Positions 9,281 to 20,729 are shown, numbered from the stretch's first letter. The stretch is 64,000 nucleotides of DNA from an uncultured Actinomycetes bacterium (GCA_963850315.1 CAWKKN010000006.1:4843-68842); one strand, 5' to 3'. The notes: generated by a model not told the origin, from the sequence alone. A program made the numbers and translations.

Positions 9281-12097
9281 CTACGCGGCGCTCGGGCCGA
9301 GGTACGGCTCGCCGTCGAGCCGCATGCGAACGAGCTCCGCGCGCGAGGAGATCCCGAGCTTCGTGAAGACCTTCCGCAGGTGGTACTCGATGGTTCGGGG
9401 GCTCAGGAACAGCTCCGCCGCGGCGTCCCGATTGCTCGCCCCTCGGGCGACGATCCGGGCGATCTGCAGCTCCTGCGGCGTCAGCTGCCAGATCGCCGCG
9501 GGGTCACGCCGCCGCACGACCTCCCCGGTCGCACGGAGCTCGTTCCGCGCACGCTCCTCCCACAGGGCGGCGTGGACGCTCGCGAACGTCTCGATGGCAG
9601 CACGCAGGTGCGGGCGGGCGTCGGTGCGCCGGCGGGCTCGGCGGAGGAACTCCCCGTACAGGAGCTGCGTCCGCGCGCGGTCGAACGCCGAGCCCGTGGC
9701 CTGATGCAGGAGGAGCGCCTCCTCGAAACGGCGCTCCGCCTCGGTCCCTTCAGCGAGCAGGGCGTGGCAGCGTTCCACGAGAGGGAGCGACCAGGGCGCG
9801 CGGGTGTGATTCGTCCACCGCTCCAGGTCGTCGAGGCACGACTCTGCCATCTCCCGTCGCTCGGCGTGGAGCGCCGCTTCGACCGCGTCCGCCGCGGAGA
9901 CGAGTCGAGGTTGGGGGATCCCGGCCGGCCGCCACATCGTCTCGAAGCGGTCGCACGCTTCCGGGCGACCGAGGGCCAGCTCGAGATGACCGATTGCCAG
10001 GTTCGCCCAGTCGACCGCGTCCCGGTTGCTGCGCTCGATCGCCCCCAGCAGCGCCGTATCGGCTTCGTCGCGGCACCTCTGCTCCTCGCCGCGAACCGCC
10101 GCCACGACGGCCAGGAGGGCGTGGTGGACGAGCGCGACGTTCTCGTTGCCCGTCTCGACGCCGAGCCTGAGCCCCTCGGCCGCGTGGATCAGCGCCTCGT
10201 CGAAGCGGCGGGCCCAGATGTCCAGTGCCGCGAGCTGCCGAAGGCCGAACGACAGCATCCCGAGGGCGCCGCGTGCCCTCGCGTCACGCACGACGCGCTC
10301 CCCGTTGATCCTCGCGGCGCCGAGATCTCCGAGGTACGCCGCCGTCGGGACCGCGAACGGGGCGAGGACGGGGTCGTCGAGCCGTTCGACGAGCGACGAG
10401 AGGTCATCCGGGATGCGCGGCGGCGGCCGCGTCGCTCCGTCGGCCATCCACTCATTCACCCTGACGACGGAGACGAGCCCGTGGTACTCGCCCGGGAAAG
10501 CGCGGTGAGCCAGCTGCTCGAGGCAGTCCAGTTCCGCGGGGGGCGCGTGCCGGCCGGTGAGCGAGATGACCATCATCGCGCCCAACAGGATCCGCAACGC
10601 CATGTCGGGATCAAGGTCCTCGACGGCGTGGGCAGCATGGAGCAGGATCGGGACGGCGTCGCCCGTCACGCCCCGCTGCGTCTCCCACGCGGCGCGTACG
10701 AAGTCGACCCTCGCCTGGGTCTTGGCGTCGCCGTCGTTCGCCTCGGCTTCGGCTGCGAGCGCCATCGCAGAGTCCGGCTGTCCCCCCAGCCACGCCATCT
10801 CGGCGGCCCGCGCGAGGCGTCCGGCTCGTCCCGGCAGGTCGACACTCAGCTCCGCGGCCCGTTCGAGCGCCGAGGCCGCGGCGGTGCACCCGCTCCGTGC
10901 GGCCGCTCGATCGGCGGAGCGCTCAAGCTCGCCCGCGACATCCTCGTCCGGTCCGAGCGTCGCGAGGGCCCGGTGCCACACCCGCAGATCCTCGTCCCCC
11001 CGGTCGGCGTGGACCGATGCCAGCGCGTCGTGGACGCGCCGCCGGTCGGCCGACGACGCGTTCGCGTACACGGCCAAGCGAACGGCGGGATGCGAGAACC
11101 TCACGCGATCCGCCACGTGGACCAATCCAGCTCGCGCCGCGTCGTCCAATGCGTCCTCCTCGAGACCAAGGACCCGGAGCGCGGCAGCGATCAAGTTGAG
11201 GCTTCCTAGCCGCGTCGCGGCCGCGACGAGCAGGGCCATTTGGGACGCCTCGGGAAGCGCCTGAACGCGGCCGAGGTAGAGCTCCTCGACCGCCGGCGAT
11301 AGCGGCAGCGCGATGGGCAGTGGGATCCGGCCCTCGAGTTGATCAGGTGTCAGGGAGGCGACGAGCTCCGCCAATAGGAGCGGCACGCCGGCGGCAGCGC
11401 CGACGATCCGATAGGCGACCGTCGTCGATACGTTCACCGGCGCGGCGTCGCGCACGAGCGCGAGCGCGTCCTCCTCGCCGAGCGGAGAGAGCCGGATACG
11501 GACCGACTTCGGCACCTCGAACCGCTGTGCCTCCTCGTCGGTGAGCCCGACGAGGAAGGCGATGGGCTCGGCCTCCAGGCGGCGCGCGACGAACGCGAGT
11601 GTGTCGACCGACTCGTGGTCGAGGAACCCGACCTCGTCGATGATGCACGCGAGCGGCATCTCTTCGGCGGCCTCGCTGAGGAGGCTGAGGACGGCGACCG
11701 AGATGAGGAACCGGTCCTCGACGCGATCCTCGGACAGGCCGAACACGCTGCGGATCGCCGCCGCCTGTGGCCCCGGCAAGCGGCTGATCAGGCCGAGTAG
11801 CGGACGCACCATCTGGAGGAGACCGGCGAAGGCCAACGCCGCCTCTGCGGGTGCGCCGACGCACCGCAACACCCGCATGTCGTCTGCGCGTGCGGCAGCG
11901 TGCTCGAGGAGCGCCGACTTGCCGAAGCCGGAGCCGCCGATCACGGCCATGATGCCGGCTCCACGTCCCGCGCGGGCGTCGTCCAACGAACGCTCGATCG
12001 CCGCGATCTCGGCGTCACGACCGAGAAGCCGACGCCGCAGCGCGGCGGAACGGCCTCGATCGTCGGCCGGTCCCCGGTCCATCTTCCCCCGTCCCAC
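9281..12097 (-). CDS. LAL-type regulator (AAA ATPase plus C-terminal LuxR HTH)
   Basis: LLGRDAE, Walker A GGSGFGKS, C-terminal LTPQELQIARIVARGASNRDAAAELFLSPRTIEYHLRKVFTKLGISSR. Confidence 0.95.
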   Translation of the reverse strand: MGRGKMDRGPADDRGRSAALRRRLLGRDAEIAAIERSLDDARAGRGAGIMAVIGGSGFGKSALLEHAAARADDMRVLRCVGAPAEAALAFAGLLQMVRPLLGLISRLPGPQAAAIRSVFGLSEDRVEDRFLISVAVLSLLSEAAEEMPLACIIDEVGFLDHESVDTLAFVARRLEAEPIAFLVGLTDEEAQRFEVPKSVRIRLSPLGEEDALALVRDAAPVNVSTTVAYRIVGAAAGVPLLLAELVASLTPDQLEGRIPLPIALPLSPAVEELYLGRVQALPEASQMALLVAAATRLGSLNLIAAALRVLGLEEDALDDAARAGLVHVADRVRFSHPAVRLAVYANASSADRRRVHDALASVHADRGDEDLRVWHRALATLGPDEDVAGELERSADRAAARSGCTAAASALERAAELSVDLPGRAGRLARAAEMAWLGGQPDSAMALAAEAEANDGDAKTQARVDFVRAAWETQRGVTGDAVPILLHAAHAVEDLDPDMALRILLGAMMVISLTGRHAPPAELDCLEQLAHRAFPGEYHGLVSVVRVNEWMADGATRPPPRIPDDLSSLVERLDDPVLAPFAVPTAAYLGDLGAARINGERVVRDARARGALGMLSFGLRQLAALDIWARRFDEALIHAAEGLRLGVETGNENVALVHHALLAVVAAVRGEEQRCRDEADTALLGAIERSNRDAVDWANLAIGHLELALGRPEACDRFETMWRPAGIPQPRLVSAADAVEAALHAERREMAESCLDDLERWTNHTRAPWSLPLVERCHALLAEGTEAERRFEEALLLHQATGSAFDRARTQLLYGEFLRRARRRTDARPHLRAAIETFASVHAALWEERARNELRATGEVVRRRDPAAIWQLTPQELQIARIVARGASNRDAAAELFLSPRTIEYHLRKVFTKLGISSRAELVRMRLDGEPYLGPSAA

Positions 12098-12614
12098 GGT
12101 CTCGGTACCGGGCAGGTCCCCAGAGGCATGAGCCTACGCCCCCGCCACCCACGAGTCATTCCCGCGCTGGCAGAGACAGCCCTCCTCGATAGCGTGGAGC
12201 GCGACCTCCTCGGCTGGCAATCGGGGCGCCGAAGGATCAAACGGGACGGGCGATGCCCGCGTTGCGCTGGATCACCTGCGACGGATAGCGTCTCCGTATC
12301 CGAGATGCATGCCCGATCCGCTGACCGAAGGTTCGCCCAGTCGTTCCGTCGGCGCGCTGCCGCCGCGGCGGCGACCGCGCTCGTGGTCGCCGTCGTCGGG
12401 AACACGGTGTGGCAGATCGCCGACGACCTCAGACGCCTGCTGGTGCAGCACGACGCCCGGAGTCAACACCTGCTGGGATGCTCTCCGCTCTGGAAGCGAG
12501 GCACGTTGCGACCATCGACCCGGCCACGTAGTGTCAGCCGTGCAGCAGCGGTTCGGGTATCCACTCGAGATCGGCCGCGCCGGGTCGCACCGATCGTAGG
12601 CCTCCCCATCGACG

Positions 12615-13604
12615 ATGCCGCCGAGGAGAGGCACAGAACATGGCGGTAGGGAGACGCGCATTTTGGCGGATGACGACCTTCGACGCTCAGTAAGCGACGA
12701 GTTGTCATCGGATCCGAAGATGACCGTCGACGCGGACATTCGCGTGTGGGTCGCTGACGGCGAAGTCACGCTCCGCGGTACCGTCGCGAGCTACAGTGAC
12801 AAGCGCGAGGCGATGAAGGCCGCCCAACGCGTCCGTGGCGTCAAGTCCGTGAGGGATGAGATCGAGGTAGTGGGTCGCACGGACGCCGATCTGCGAGGCG
12901 ATGTCGTCGATGAGCTCGAACTCGGTCATATCCCCGCGGGGGTCACCGCCGAGGTGCATGAGGGAATGGTCACGCTGACTGGCGCTGTCGAGCGACAGCA
13001 CCACCGTGACGCGGCCGCGTTCATCGCGAAGGTCGTCCCCGGTGTTGTCGGCGTGGAGAACCAGATCGAGGTGAGGGGTCACTCGCGGAACAGCGAGGAT
13101 GTCGAGGTCTCGACGCCCGCTGAGGTCAGCCAGATCGCGGAGCTCGATGCCGGGGGGGGCGTGGCTGCCGGCGAAGACGAGGGACGTCGCGAGCTCGGAG
13201 CTCGACTCGCAGCGGCCGCGCGGAGGATCGAGCAGATTCGTTCAGCATCGGAGGCCGCCGGAAACGTGGTGCAGTTCCGGCTAGAACGCTACCTCGAAGC
13301 GCTGGAGTCGGATGCGATCGATGCCCACAGCCGGCTGGCCGCGATCTCAGCCGTTCGATCGTACGAGGGGAAGGTCTTGCAGCGGGAGATCATCGCCCTG
13401 GAGAGCGGCGTCGCCGTTGCGGAGGCGAAGCTCGACGCAGCACGTGCCGCAGAGCGGGACGACCACCGCGGAGAGGTCGATGCGAAGATCCGAGCGATGG
13501 AGGTGGAGGCTCGTGGGATCCGCGCTCTCTTCGACCGCACGTTCGGGACGAAGGAGCGAGCAAGCGACCCCGCCACCTCTGAGGAACGTCCAGACCCCCA
13601 TTGA
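12615..13604 (+). CDS. tandem BON-domain protein with an extra C-terminal helical domain (true start possibly TTG 12663)
   Basis: two BON repeats (VADGEVTLRGTV...VRGVKSVRDEI; VHEGMVTLTGAV...VPGVVGVENQI). Confidence 0.85.
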   Translation: MPPRRGTEHGGRETRILADDDLRRSVSDELSSDPKMTVDADIRVWVADGEVTLRGTVASYSDKREAMKAAQRVRGVKSVRDEIEVVGRTDADLRGDVVDELELGHIPAGVTAEVHEGMVTLTGAVERQHHRDAAAFIAKVVPGVVGVENQIEVRGHSRNSEDVEVSTPAEVSQIAELDAGGGVAAGEDEGRRELGARLAAAARRIEQIRSASEAAGNVVQFRLERYLEALESDAIDAHSRLAAISAVRSYEGKVLQREIIALESGVAVAEAKLDAARAAERDDHRGEVDAKIRAMEVEARGIRALFDRTFGTKERASDPATSEERPDPH

Positions 13605-13739
13605 AGTCGCGGTCCCACAATGGGGCCAGAAGGCCCAACTACGCACGCGAGGTTCGTCAGGATCGTACCTGGAGGCGCCGTACGAGATGCGCCACGCGAT
13701 CGCGCCGGAGAAGAAGCGCCGCCCATGCTGAAGTTCGCT

Positions 13740-14083
13740 CCGAGCATCGGCACGTGACTCACGATCGGCGCGCGGGCGCGCTTCCGGTCCGGAGCGCCCG
13801 CCGGAACAGGATCTTGAAGGGCACGTTGACCAGCAACGACGTCACGCCGATCGCCCCGATGCCCGCGATCGCCGCCAGGCGGCCACGCCGACCGCCAAGC
13901 AGCGCCATCGCCGCCCCGCGGCGAGCTAGAGCTTCGAGTGGTTCGCGACTTCGGACAGCGATCGCATCGTGTCGCGAGCGCCGGCGACGGCTTGGCGGCG
14001 ACGGCGCGGTAGATCGCGAAATCGATCGCTTCGACGTCCCGCAGCATCCCGCCGTCGGCGCAGGGGCCGAACCGTTCGATCAT
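13740..14083 (-). pseudogene. PAP2-family phosphatase remnant
   Basis: DFAIYRAVAAKPSPAL and, in another frame, VNVPFKILFRRARP (KxxxxRxRP motif 1); frameshifted and lacking the PSGH motif. Confidence 0.6.
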
Positions 14084-14484
14084 GATGTGCTCCTCACCTG
14101 CACAGGGCGCACCGGACGCCCGATCGCCACCCAGACGACGCCGCGCGCGGCGTCGCGAGGCTCCAGCGATTGCGCAACCGGCGATGCGCCGATCGCGTGC
14201 AACGGAAGCCGGACCCGCAGCGCTCGCGGCCGCGTCCTGAATGCCAGCGGAACGCCGAGCGTGACAGACTCCCCGTCGAGACCCGCTGCGACGGGCCTCG
14301 GCGCGTCGACCGCGAAAGTCGGGGCCACCCACGACGCGAACCCCTCGAAGCGCTCCGGATGCCCCGCGGCCGCCGCGGCGATCAGCGACCTCGCGGCCCG
14401 ATCGTCGCGGATCTCGACCGACGTCAGACCGAAGACGCCGGCGTCGAACAAGATGAGGTACGTCCGCTGGGCCAACGCGTACAC
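14080..14484 (-). pseudogene. chimeric remnant: HdeD fragment fused to a DAGK C-terminal half
   Basis: VYALAQRTYLILF (12/13 aa identical to HdeD 7231-7269) then DAGVFG...AGLDGESVTL...FRTRPRALRVR (DAGK C-terminus). Confidence 0.7.
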
Positions 14485-14870
14485 GCCGGCTGTTGCCGAG
14501 GGGCCATCGGCCACCAACCCCTCCTACGCCACGCTCGCGGTCGTGTTCTTGCTCCCCGGTTCGCCTCGTTGTCTGCGGGTCCGGGCAGCTCATCGGCGGC
14601 CTCTTTCAGTTCATGACCGCTTCTCGCTGACGTGGGCGCGATCGTAGGAGCGCAGAAAGTGAAACGCTTGAGCGAAGAGCGCCTCCCACAGGATGCTGGG
14701 TGAGGCTGACGTGCCTGCTCGCCCTCCTTGGCTGCCGCCCAGGCCGATCTGTCTTCGCAGGGTAGCTAGACACTCGTCACATGTGGTACGTAGAGACATC
14801 GATCCTTTGGGCGGTCCTGGTCCCCGGCCTCTGGCGCAAGATCGCCCCCCCCGCGCGCGGGAGGCGTTCC

Positions 14871-16355
14871 ATGGGCGTGGATGATGCAGGAGCCAACACC
14901 CTTCGTTCCGATCCGGCCGTCTCCGACCAGACCCCGAGGCGTGAGCAAGGACGCGACTCCCCTGCCTCGACCGTTGAACACCCCAGCCGGAAGGAGCGGC
15001 AAGCACGGGGGAAGGCTGCCCGGAAGGTCGTGCCGCGCGAGAGCCATGCCGAGTTCGCTCCCGAAGTGCGCCTCGACCCGATCGATCTCCTGCAGGAGCA
15101 CGCGAGGGTCCCCGAACTCGGGCCGATCCGTTACGGGCGCATGGAGGTCTCGGCGTTCACGTTCTACCGCGGCGCTGCGTTGATCATGGCGGCAGACCTC
15201 TCGACCACGCCCACCTCCGGGCTGATGGTCCAGCTCTGCGGTGATGCCCACCTGTCGAACTTCGGGACGTTCGGCTCGCCGGAGCGTCACCTCGTCTTCG
15301 ACATCAACGACTTCGATGAGACTTCGATCGGGCCCTGGGAGTGGGACGTGAAGCGTCTCGCGGCCAGCTTGGAGATCGCGGGACGCGACGACGGCTTCTC
15401 CGACAAGCAGCGCCGGAGAGCGGTGTTGGCGGGCGTGAAGGAGTATCGGAAGGCGATGTGTTCGTTCGCCGACATGACCAACCTCGACGTTTGGTATGCC
15501 CACATCGACGTCGACCAGGTGCTGCCGGAAATCAAGGCGCAGATCCATCCCAAGCGCGCGAAGGAACTCGACGAAGCGCTGTCGAAGTCGCGGACGCGCG
15601 ACAGCATGCAGGCGTTCACCAAGCTCACCGAGGAGGTCGACGGTGAGCCCCGGATCGTGAGCCGGCCGCCCCTCATCGTCCCCCTCAACGAGCTGCTCAC
15701 AGGGCCTGAGCGAGACGCGGTTGAACAGGGTCTCATTGCGATCGTGGGTTCCTACCCCAAGACCCTCGAGACCGATCGCCGACACCTGTTGGGCGGGTTC
15801 CGGTTCGTCGAGGTCGCTCGCAAGGTGGTCGGTGTGGGTAGCGTCGGCGCGCAGGCATGGATCGTGCTGATGCTCGGCATCGACGATCACGATCCGTTGA
15901 TCCTGCAGGCCAAGGAGGCCGATGAGTCTGTCGTGGAGCGGTTCGCGGGAAAGAGCGGGTACGCGAACCACGGCCAGCGAGTGGTGGCGGGCCAACGCCT
16001 CATGCAGGCCACCAGCGACATCTTCCTGGGCTGGGATCGGATCATCGACATCGACGGAACGCACCATGACTACTACCTCCGTCAGTTCCGCGATTGGAAG
16101 GGCTCGGTAGAGATCGACTCGTTGCGACCGGCGGCGCTTGCGATCTATGCACGCCTGTGCGGCGGGACCCTGGCCCGGGCGCACGCTCGTTCGGGCGACA
16201 GGGTCGCTCTCGCTTCCTACCTAGGGAAGTCCGAGGCCTTCGACCACGCGATCGCTGAGTTCTCCATGACCTACGCCGACCAGAACCAACGCGACTACGA
16301 GGCGCTGCAGGCAGCGATCAAGCAGGGCACGATCAAGGCCGAGACCGGGATCTAG
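14871..16355 (+). CDS. DUF2252 domain protein
   Basis: IRYGRMEVSAFTFYRGAA, CGDAHLSNFG, FDINDFDE, KVVGVGSVG, LARAHARSGD; SD GGGAGG before ATG 14871. Confidence 0.9.
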   Translation: MGVDDAGANTLRSDPAVSDQTPRREQGRDSPASTVEHPSRKERQARGKAARKVVPRESHAEFAPEVRLDPIDLLQEHARVPELGPIRYGRMEVSAFTFYRGAALIMAADLSTTPTSGLMVQLCGDAHLSNFGTFGSPERHLVFDINDFDETSIGPWEWDVKRLAASLEIAGRDDGFSDKQRRRAVLAGVKEYRKAMCSFADMTNLDVWYAHIDVDQVLPEIKAQIHPKRAKELDEALSKSRTRDSMQAFTKLTEEVDGEPRIVSRPPLIVPLNELLTGPERDAVEQGLIAIVGSYPKTLETDRRHLLGGFRFVEVARKVVGVGSVGAQAWIVLMLGIDDHDPLILQAKEADESVVERFAGKSGYANHGQRVVAGQRLMQATSDIFLGWDRIIDIDGTHHDYYLRQFRDWKGSVEIDSLRPAALAIYARLCGGTLARAHARSGDRVALASYLGKSEAFDHAIAEFSMTYADQNQRDYEALQAAIKQGTIKAETGI

Positions 16356-16443
16356 AGGCCCTGGCGCGACGTCTCCTCGGAGACCAGATACCCGGCTACG
16401 GTCCCTCCAACGGAGGCCTGAAGGGGTCCGAACTCGCGACCCA

Positions 16444-17505
16444 TCAAGCGACCACCGTTCGGTACTCATTGATGAGTCCGTCGACTACGGGCATCCGTCG
16501 GATGTCCTCGATCGGAACGACCACCTTCGCGATGCTGGCCGGCTCCGGCGCCTCGAGATCAAGCCCTCGATGCGGCCGGTGGGAGTTGTAATGCGTCTCG
16601 TAGTCCGCAAGCAGCTTATGCAGATGACTTCGCCCTACGACGAGCGTGCGGTCGAGCAGCTCGACGCGGATGGTGCGGACGAACCGTTCCGCAAACGCGT
16701 TCGCCTTCGGGGCCCGGACAGGAGCCAGGATTACGTTGGCACCTTCAGACCTCGATCACCTCGTCGAACGAGGCGGTGAACTTCGAGTCGCGATCGCTGA
16801 GCAAGAAGCGCGCTCCTTCCAGGTCGCCCGCCATCGCGAGGTTCCGCGCCTGCTGGGTCACCCATCGGCCGTCTGGGTTCCGTGTTGTCCCGACGATCCG
16901 TACGCGGCGAGTCCCGACCTCGATGAAGAACAGCACGCAGAGCGTCCGCAGGAACACGGTTTCGACCGTGAAGACGTCACACGCAACGATGCCGCGGGCC
17001 TGGGCTCGAAGGAACTCGGCCCAGGTCGGCCCGCCTCGCCTTGGGGCAGGAAGGATGCCAGTCTCGCCGGAGGATCGTTCGGATCGTGGTCGCGCCGACC
17101 CGGTATCCGAGTCCTTGCAGCTCACCTTTTATCCTCATCACTCCCCAACTCGGGTTGTCCCTCGCCATGCGCACGATCAGGCGCACGAGTTCGGGATCAA
17201 GCGGCGGCCGACCTCCCTTGCGGTTGTGGAAGGTCCATTTCCGACGCACCAGCTTTCGGTGCCAGCGAAGGATTCGTCGACGGGGATACGACGAACACTG
17301 ACCATCGATCGCGTCCGATCACCCCCGCTAACGCAGCGATGACCATCCGGTCGCGACGACGTAGGCGCGGGCGTGGGTTCGTCCGTTTCAACACTGCCAG
17401 TTGGTGACGAAGGACGAGGATCTCGGCCTGGCGCTCACGCACGTCGTGATCGGGAGCGATCCGAAGCACAGCTCGAAGGATGAAATAGCAGACGGAGAAG
17501 AGCAC
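16444..17505 (-). pseudogene. integrase-core (rve) DDE transposase of a decayed IS, several frameshifts
   Basis: EILVLRHQLAVL; MARDNPSWGVMRIKGEL; IVACDVFTV; SDRDSKF; ANAFAERFVRT...HYNSHRPHRGL...GLINEY. Confidence 0.85.
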
Positions 17506-17575
17506 CGCCGGAGGATACAGAAGTCCTGCTCAACAGCCGGAACGTTGGTTTCCGCCGACCGCTGAGCGCGCCGCC

Positions 17576-20500
17576 TTAGGCCTCGAGGATGACAGACGCG
17601 TAGAGGCCGAGCAGGCGTGCGCGCTCGCGTCGAGCCCGTTCGGATCGGAGATGTCATCGCTCTGCGGGATGACCGTCGTGTCGGTCGGCCCGGCCCAGAC
17701 GGGTGAGCAGTGCCCCTGCCCACCCTCGGCAAGCAGCTCGACCAGCGCGGCGAAGATAGACTCCGGTCGAGCCAGGCGTGTCCATAGGGCCGTCGTCGCA
17801 GCCGGCCCCGAGGGCACGTCCATCCCGAGCTTGCGCGCGACCAAGGCTTGCCGGAACGCAGCAAGCGACGATGGACACCCCCCAGCCGTCGAGTTGCCGG
17901 TCCAGGCTCGCGACCGACGACGCCGCCGTCGAACGTCATCCCGCGCCGCCGCAGGTGGCTCGTCCCGACCAGCGCGTAAACGTCGTCGATGAGCACCACC
18001 GTCGAGCGGATCGCGGACCACCGCCCTGGGAACCCCACCGGCGAGAACGCCACCACCCGTCCCGGCGAGTCCTGCGCTAGCTTCTTGACAGCCGCCGCGC
18101 GCTGCGCGAACGCCGCACGCACCCAGTTCGCCTTCGTCGGGCGTGAAGTCGGGCAGCCGCGGCACGCACATGATCACCTTCAGCCGAGGCACGTGGGATA
18201 GCCGCTGGCCGATCAGCGCCACGAGATCCAGCCCGCCGTCGTCGCCGAACGACGTGGCCGAGAACGCCGGCCCCTCGACATAGACGTAGTCCTCGGCCTG
18301 CGAGATGGCGCGCGCGAGCGAGAGCAGCGCATCGTGCTGCCCGGCGCATCGCGGTCTGACTTTCGCGCTCCAGCTCGCGCAGCAGCTGCGCCTCGTTCGC
18401 GACGCTCACCTGCGGCGGCGGCATCCCGATCTTCGCCGCAATCGCGTTCACCGCGTTCTGGACAGTATCGCCGGGCGTCGGTGCGGGCAGCAGCGACAAC
18501 TCGGGGCTGTCGACGAACGGCGCGATCGTCTCGAGCATGACGCCGGCGACCGTCCCGGTGGTGTCGGGGGCAGGCGGTGACCAGTTGTCGCCGTCGGTCA
18601 CCGCGAGCCAGCCCAGCGCCGCCGCTCCGACGGGCAGGATCGGCTCGGCGCGGTTGAGAGCATGCAGCGCGAGGTCGTAGCCGAGCTGCCCGCCGACCTG
18701 CACGCCGCTCGCGAACACGTCCGGCCCCGCCGGGTTGCCCGGATCGGCAAGCTCGGCACGGGCGCTGCGCGTCTCCCACGTCCACCGCCCGCCGGTGAGC
18801 ACGCCCTGCCAGACGTAGCGCGGGTCGCCGGTGCCGGCGGTGCCCAGGGCGAGGATCGTCTCGAACCGGCGCCTGCGTCGGCAGGTGCGGGCCGGTTCGC
18901 GGCGCGGGACGACTCGTTCGCGAGCCTGCGCACCGCGTCGAGGATGTCGGTCGGCGCCGGGCCTGGCGGAGGCGGCGGGGCCGGGATGCCGAAGACCGAC
19001 CGGGGCGACCGCGGTGACACCTAGAGCGCCCGTCGCCGCCTGCACCACAGGCGTGGTGAGGAACGCCGTGCCACCGAATTGCGCGAGCGTTCCCGTCCAC
19101 GACTCCGCGGCACTGCTCTGCGGAGCCAGCACCACCGAGCCTCGCATCCGACGGCTGCCGTCGCGACCGGTCGCGACGATGTCGACCGTCAGGGGCAGAC
19201 TCGACAGCGGGTCGTTCGGAGCGAGGTTGTACGGGTTGACGAGCAGCAGCTTCGTCGGCCCGCTGCCGACAATCGCGGCGCCACCGTCGCCGCGCACGAA
19301 CGACGGCTGCTCCGACGTGATCGCGGTGATCGTCTGGAAGCTGCGCGGGAAGGCGCGCAGGTGCGTGCCGGCCGACAAGCCGGAGTCGGCGGCGAACGTG
19401 ACGATCACGTCGCGGTTGGCGCCGGCGCCGTCGGTCGGGTTGCGCCAGGCCGCGGTCGCAAGCTTGGCGAGGTCGAAGCCGGTGGCCACTCCGGTGACCG
19501 GGGTCGGTGACGGCGGCGGGAACGCGGGCCAGTGTCCGGCCTGCCCGGGCGCGGGCGGCAGCGCCAGAGTCGGATCGATAGCCGGCGAGCAGAGCAGCGG
19601 CAGCACGTCCCGGTTCGGCGTCGGGAAGTTCGCCGAGATCTGTCCCATCGCGCCGACCACGTCCATGCCATCGGGGAGGTAGGCGAAACCGGGCACCCGC
19701 GGACGGACCACGGGCAACGTGTAGGACGGCGGCGGGGCCACCGGGTCACCAGGCACACCGCGGGTGGCGGTCGCGGCGCGATTCCCCACGAGGTGCCAGT
19801 TCAGGTCCACGACCACCACGCGGAAGAACTGCCGGGACAGGGTCACCCCGGCGGGCAGCGAGGGAGGCGCGAGCGGCTGCTGGTCGAGGAAGCCACCCGG
19901 CGCGAAGCCCCAGTACAGGGAGCCGGCCGACCCACCAGCGGCCGGGCCGAGGCTCTGCCCGGCGGCGAGCGAGACCGTGCCGGTGCTCGGGTCGACCGTG
20001 TCTGGGTTCGCGCCGCCGCTCACGGCGAGATCCATGTCGGCGGTCGGGGTGCAGAGCACTCCGTGCGGCGACACGAGGTGGTAGCGCACCGCAGCCGCGG
20101 ACAGCGCGATGACCTTGCTCAACCCGCCGGCGCCACCGACCTGGCCCACACCGAGACCCGGTAGCCAGCTGATCAGCTCGGCGAACATCGCTGCGACCGC
20201 GACCGGGTCGACGGGCAGCCCGCGCGCGTCGTGGAACGTGATGACGAGCTGGTTGACTCCGGGCAGCGGCGCGAAGACGTCACCGGCCCGCACGGACTGC
20301 ACCGGTGGCTTGGCACCGGGCGGTGAGTTCGGCGGGGCCTGCCACGTCAGACCGTGGACGAGCATCGCCACGGGCACCGGGCGGATAAGCGGAGCACCGA
20401 GCCGGCTGGTGACGAGCGACACGAGCCGGCGCGCCGCTTCGGGGAGCATCTCGATCGCGTACACGGCGTCGGTGATGGGCTGCCCGGTCACATCGCGCCA

Positions 20501-20728
20501 CCGCTCGCCCGAGTCGAGGTAGCGGGCGGCACCGTGAAACGGTGCCTTGAGCCAGCCGCCGAGTTCCAGCGAGAGGTGGTCCTCGTCGAGCGCGCCCGGC
20601 TGGGTGTCCGACCACTCCGCGCTGAGGACGGGCATGACGAGCCCGAACGCGTCGAGCTTATCCGCCGTCATCTGGTTCGCCGCGGACGCCGGCGTCAGCA
20701 CGCTGACCGGAGGGATGAGCTCTACCAC
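17576..20728 (-). CDS. large hypothetical protein with a C-terminal degenerate phospholipase D-like domain (third gene of giant operon; frameshifted)
   Basis: 883-aa ORF continues across frames into LARAISQAEDYVYVEGPAF and RSTVVLIDDVYALVGTSH; TAA at 17576. Confidence 0.7.
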
Positions 20729-20729
20729 T

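Noticed and set aside
9380-11209. Long antisense ORFs here and opposite the nuo and giant genes
   Set aside because: Shadow frames expected in high-GC coding DNA; no recognisable motifs
16570-17407. Plus-strand ORFs over the decayed IS
   Set aside because: Antisense of the integrase-core transposase
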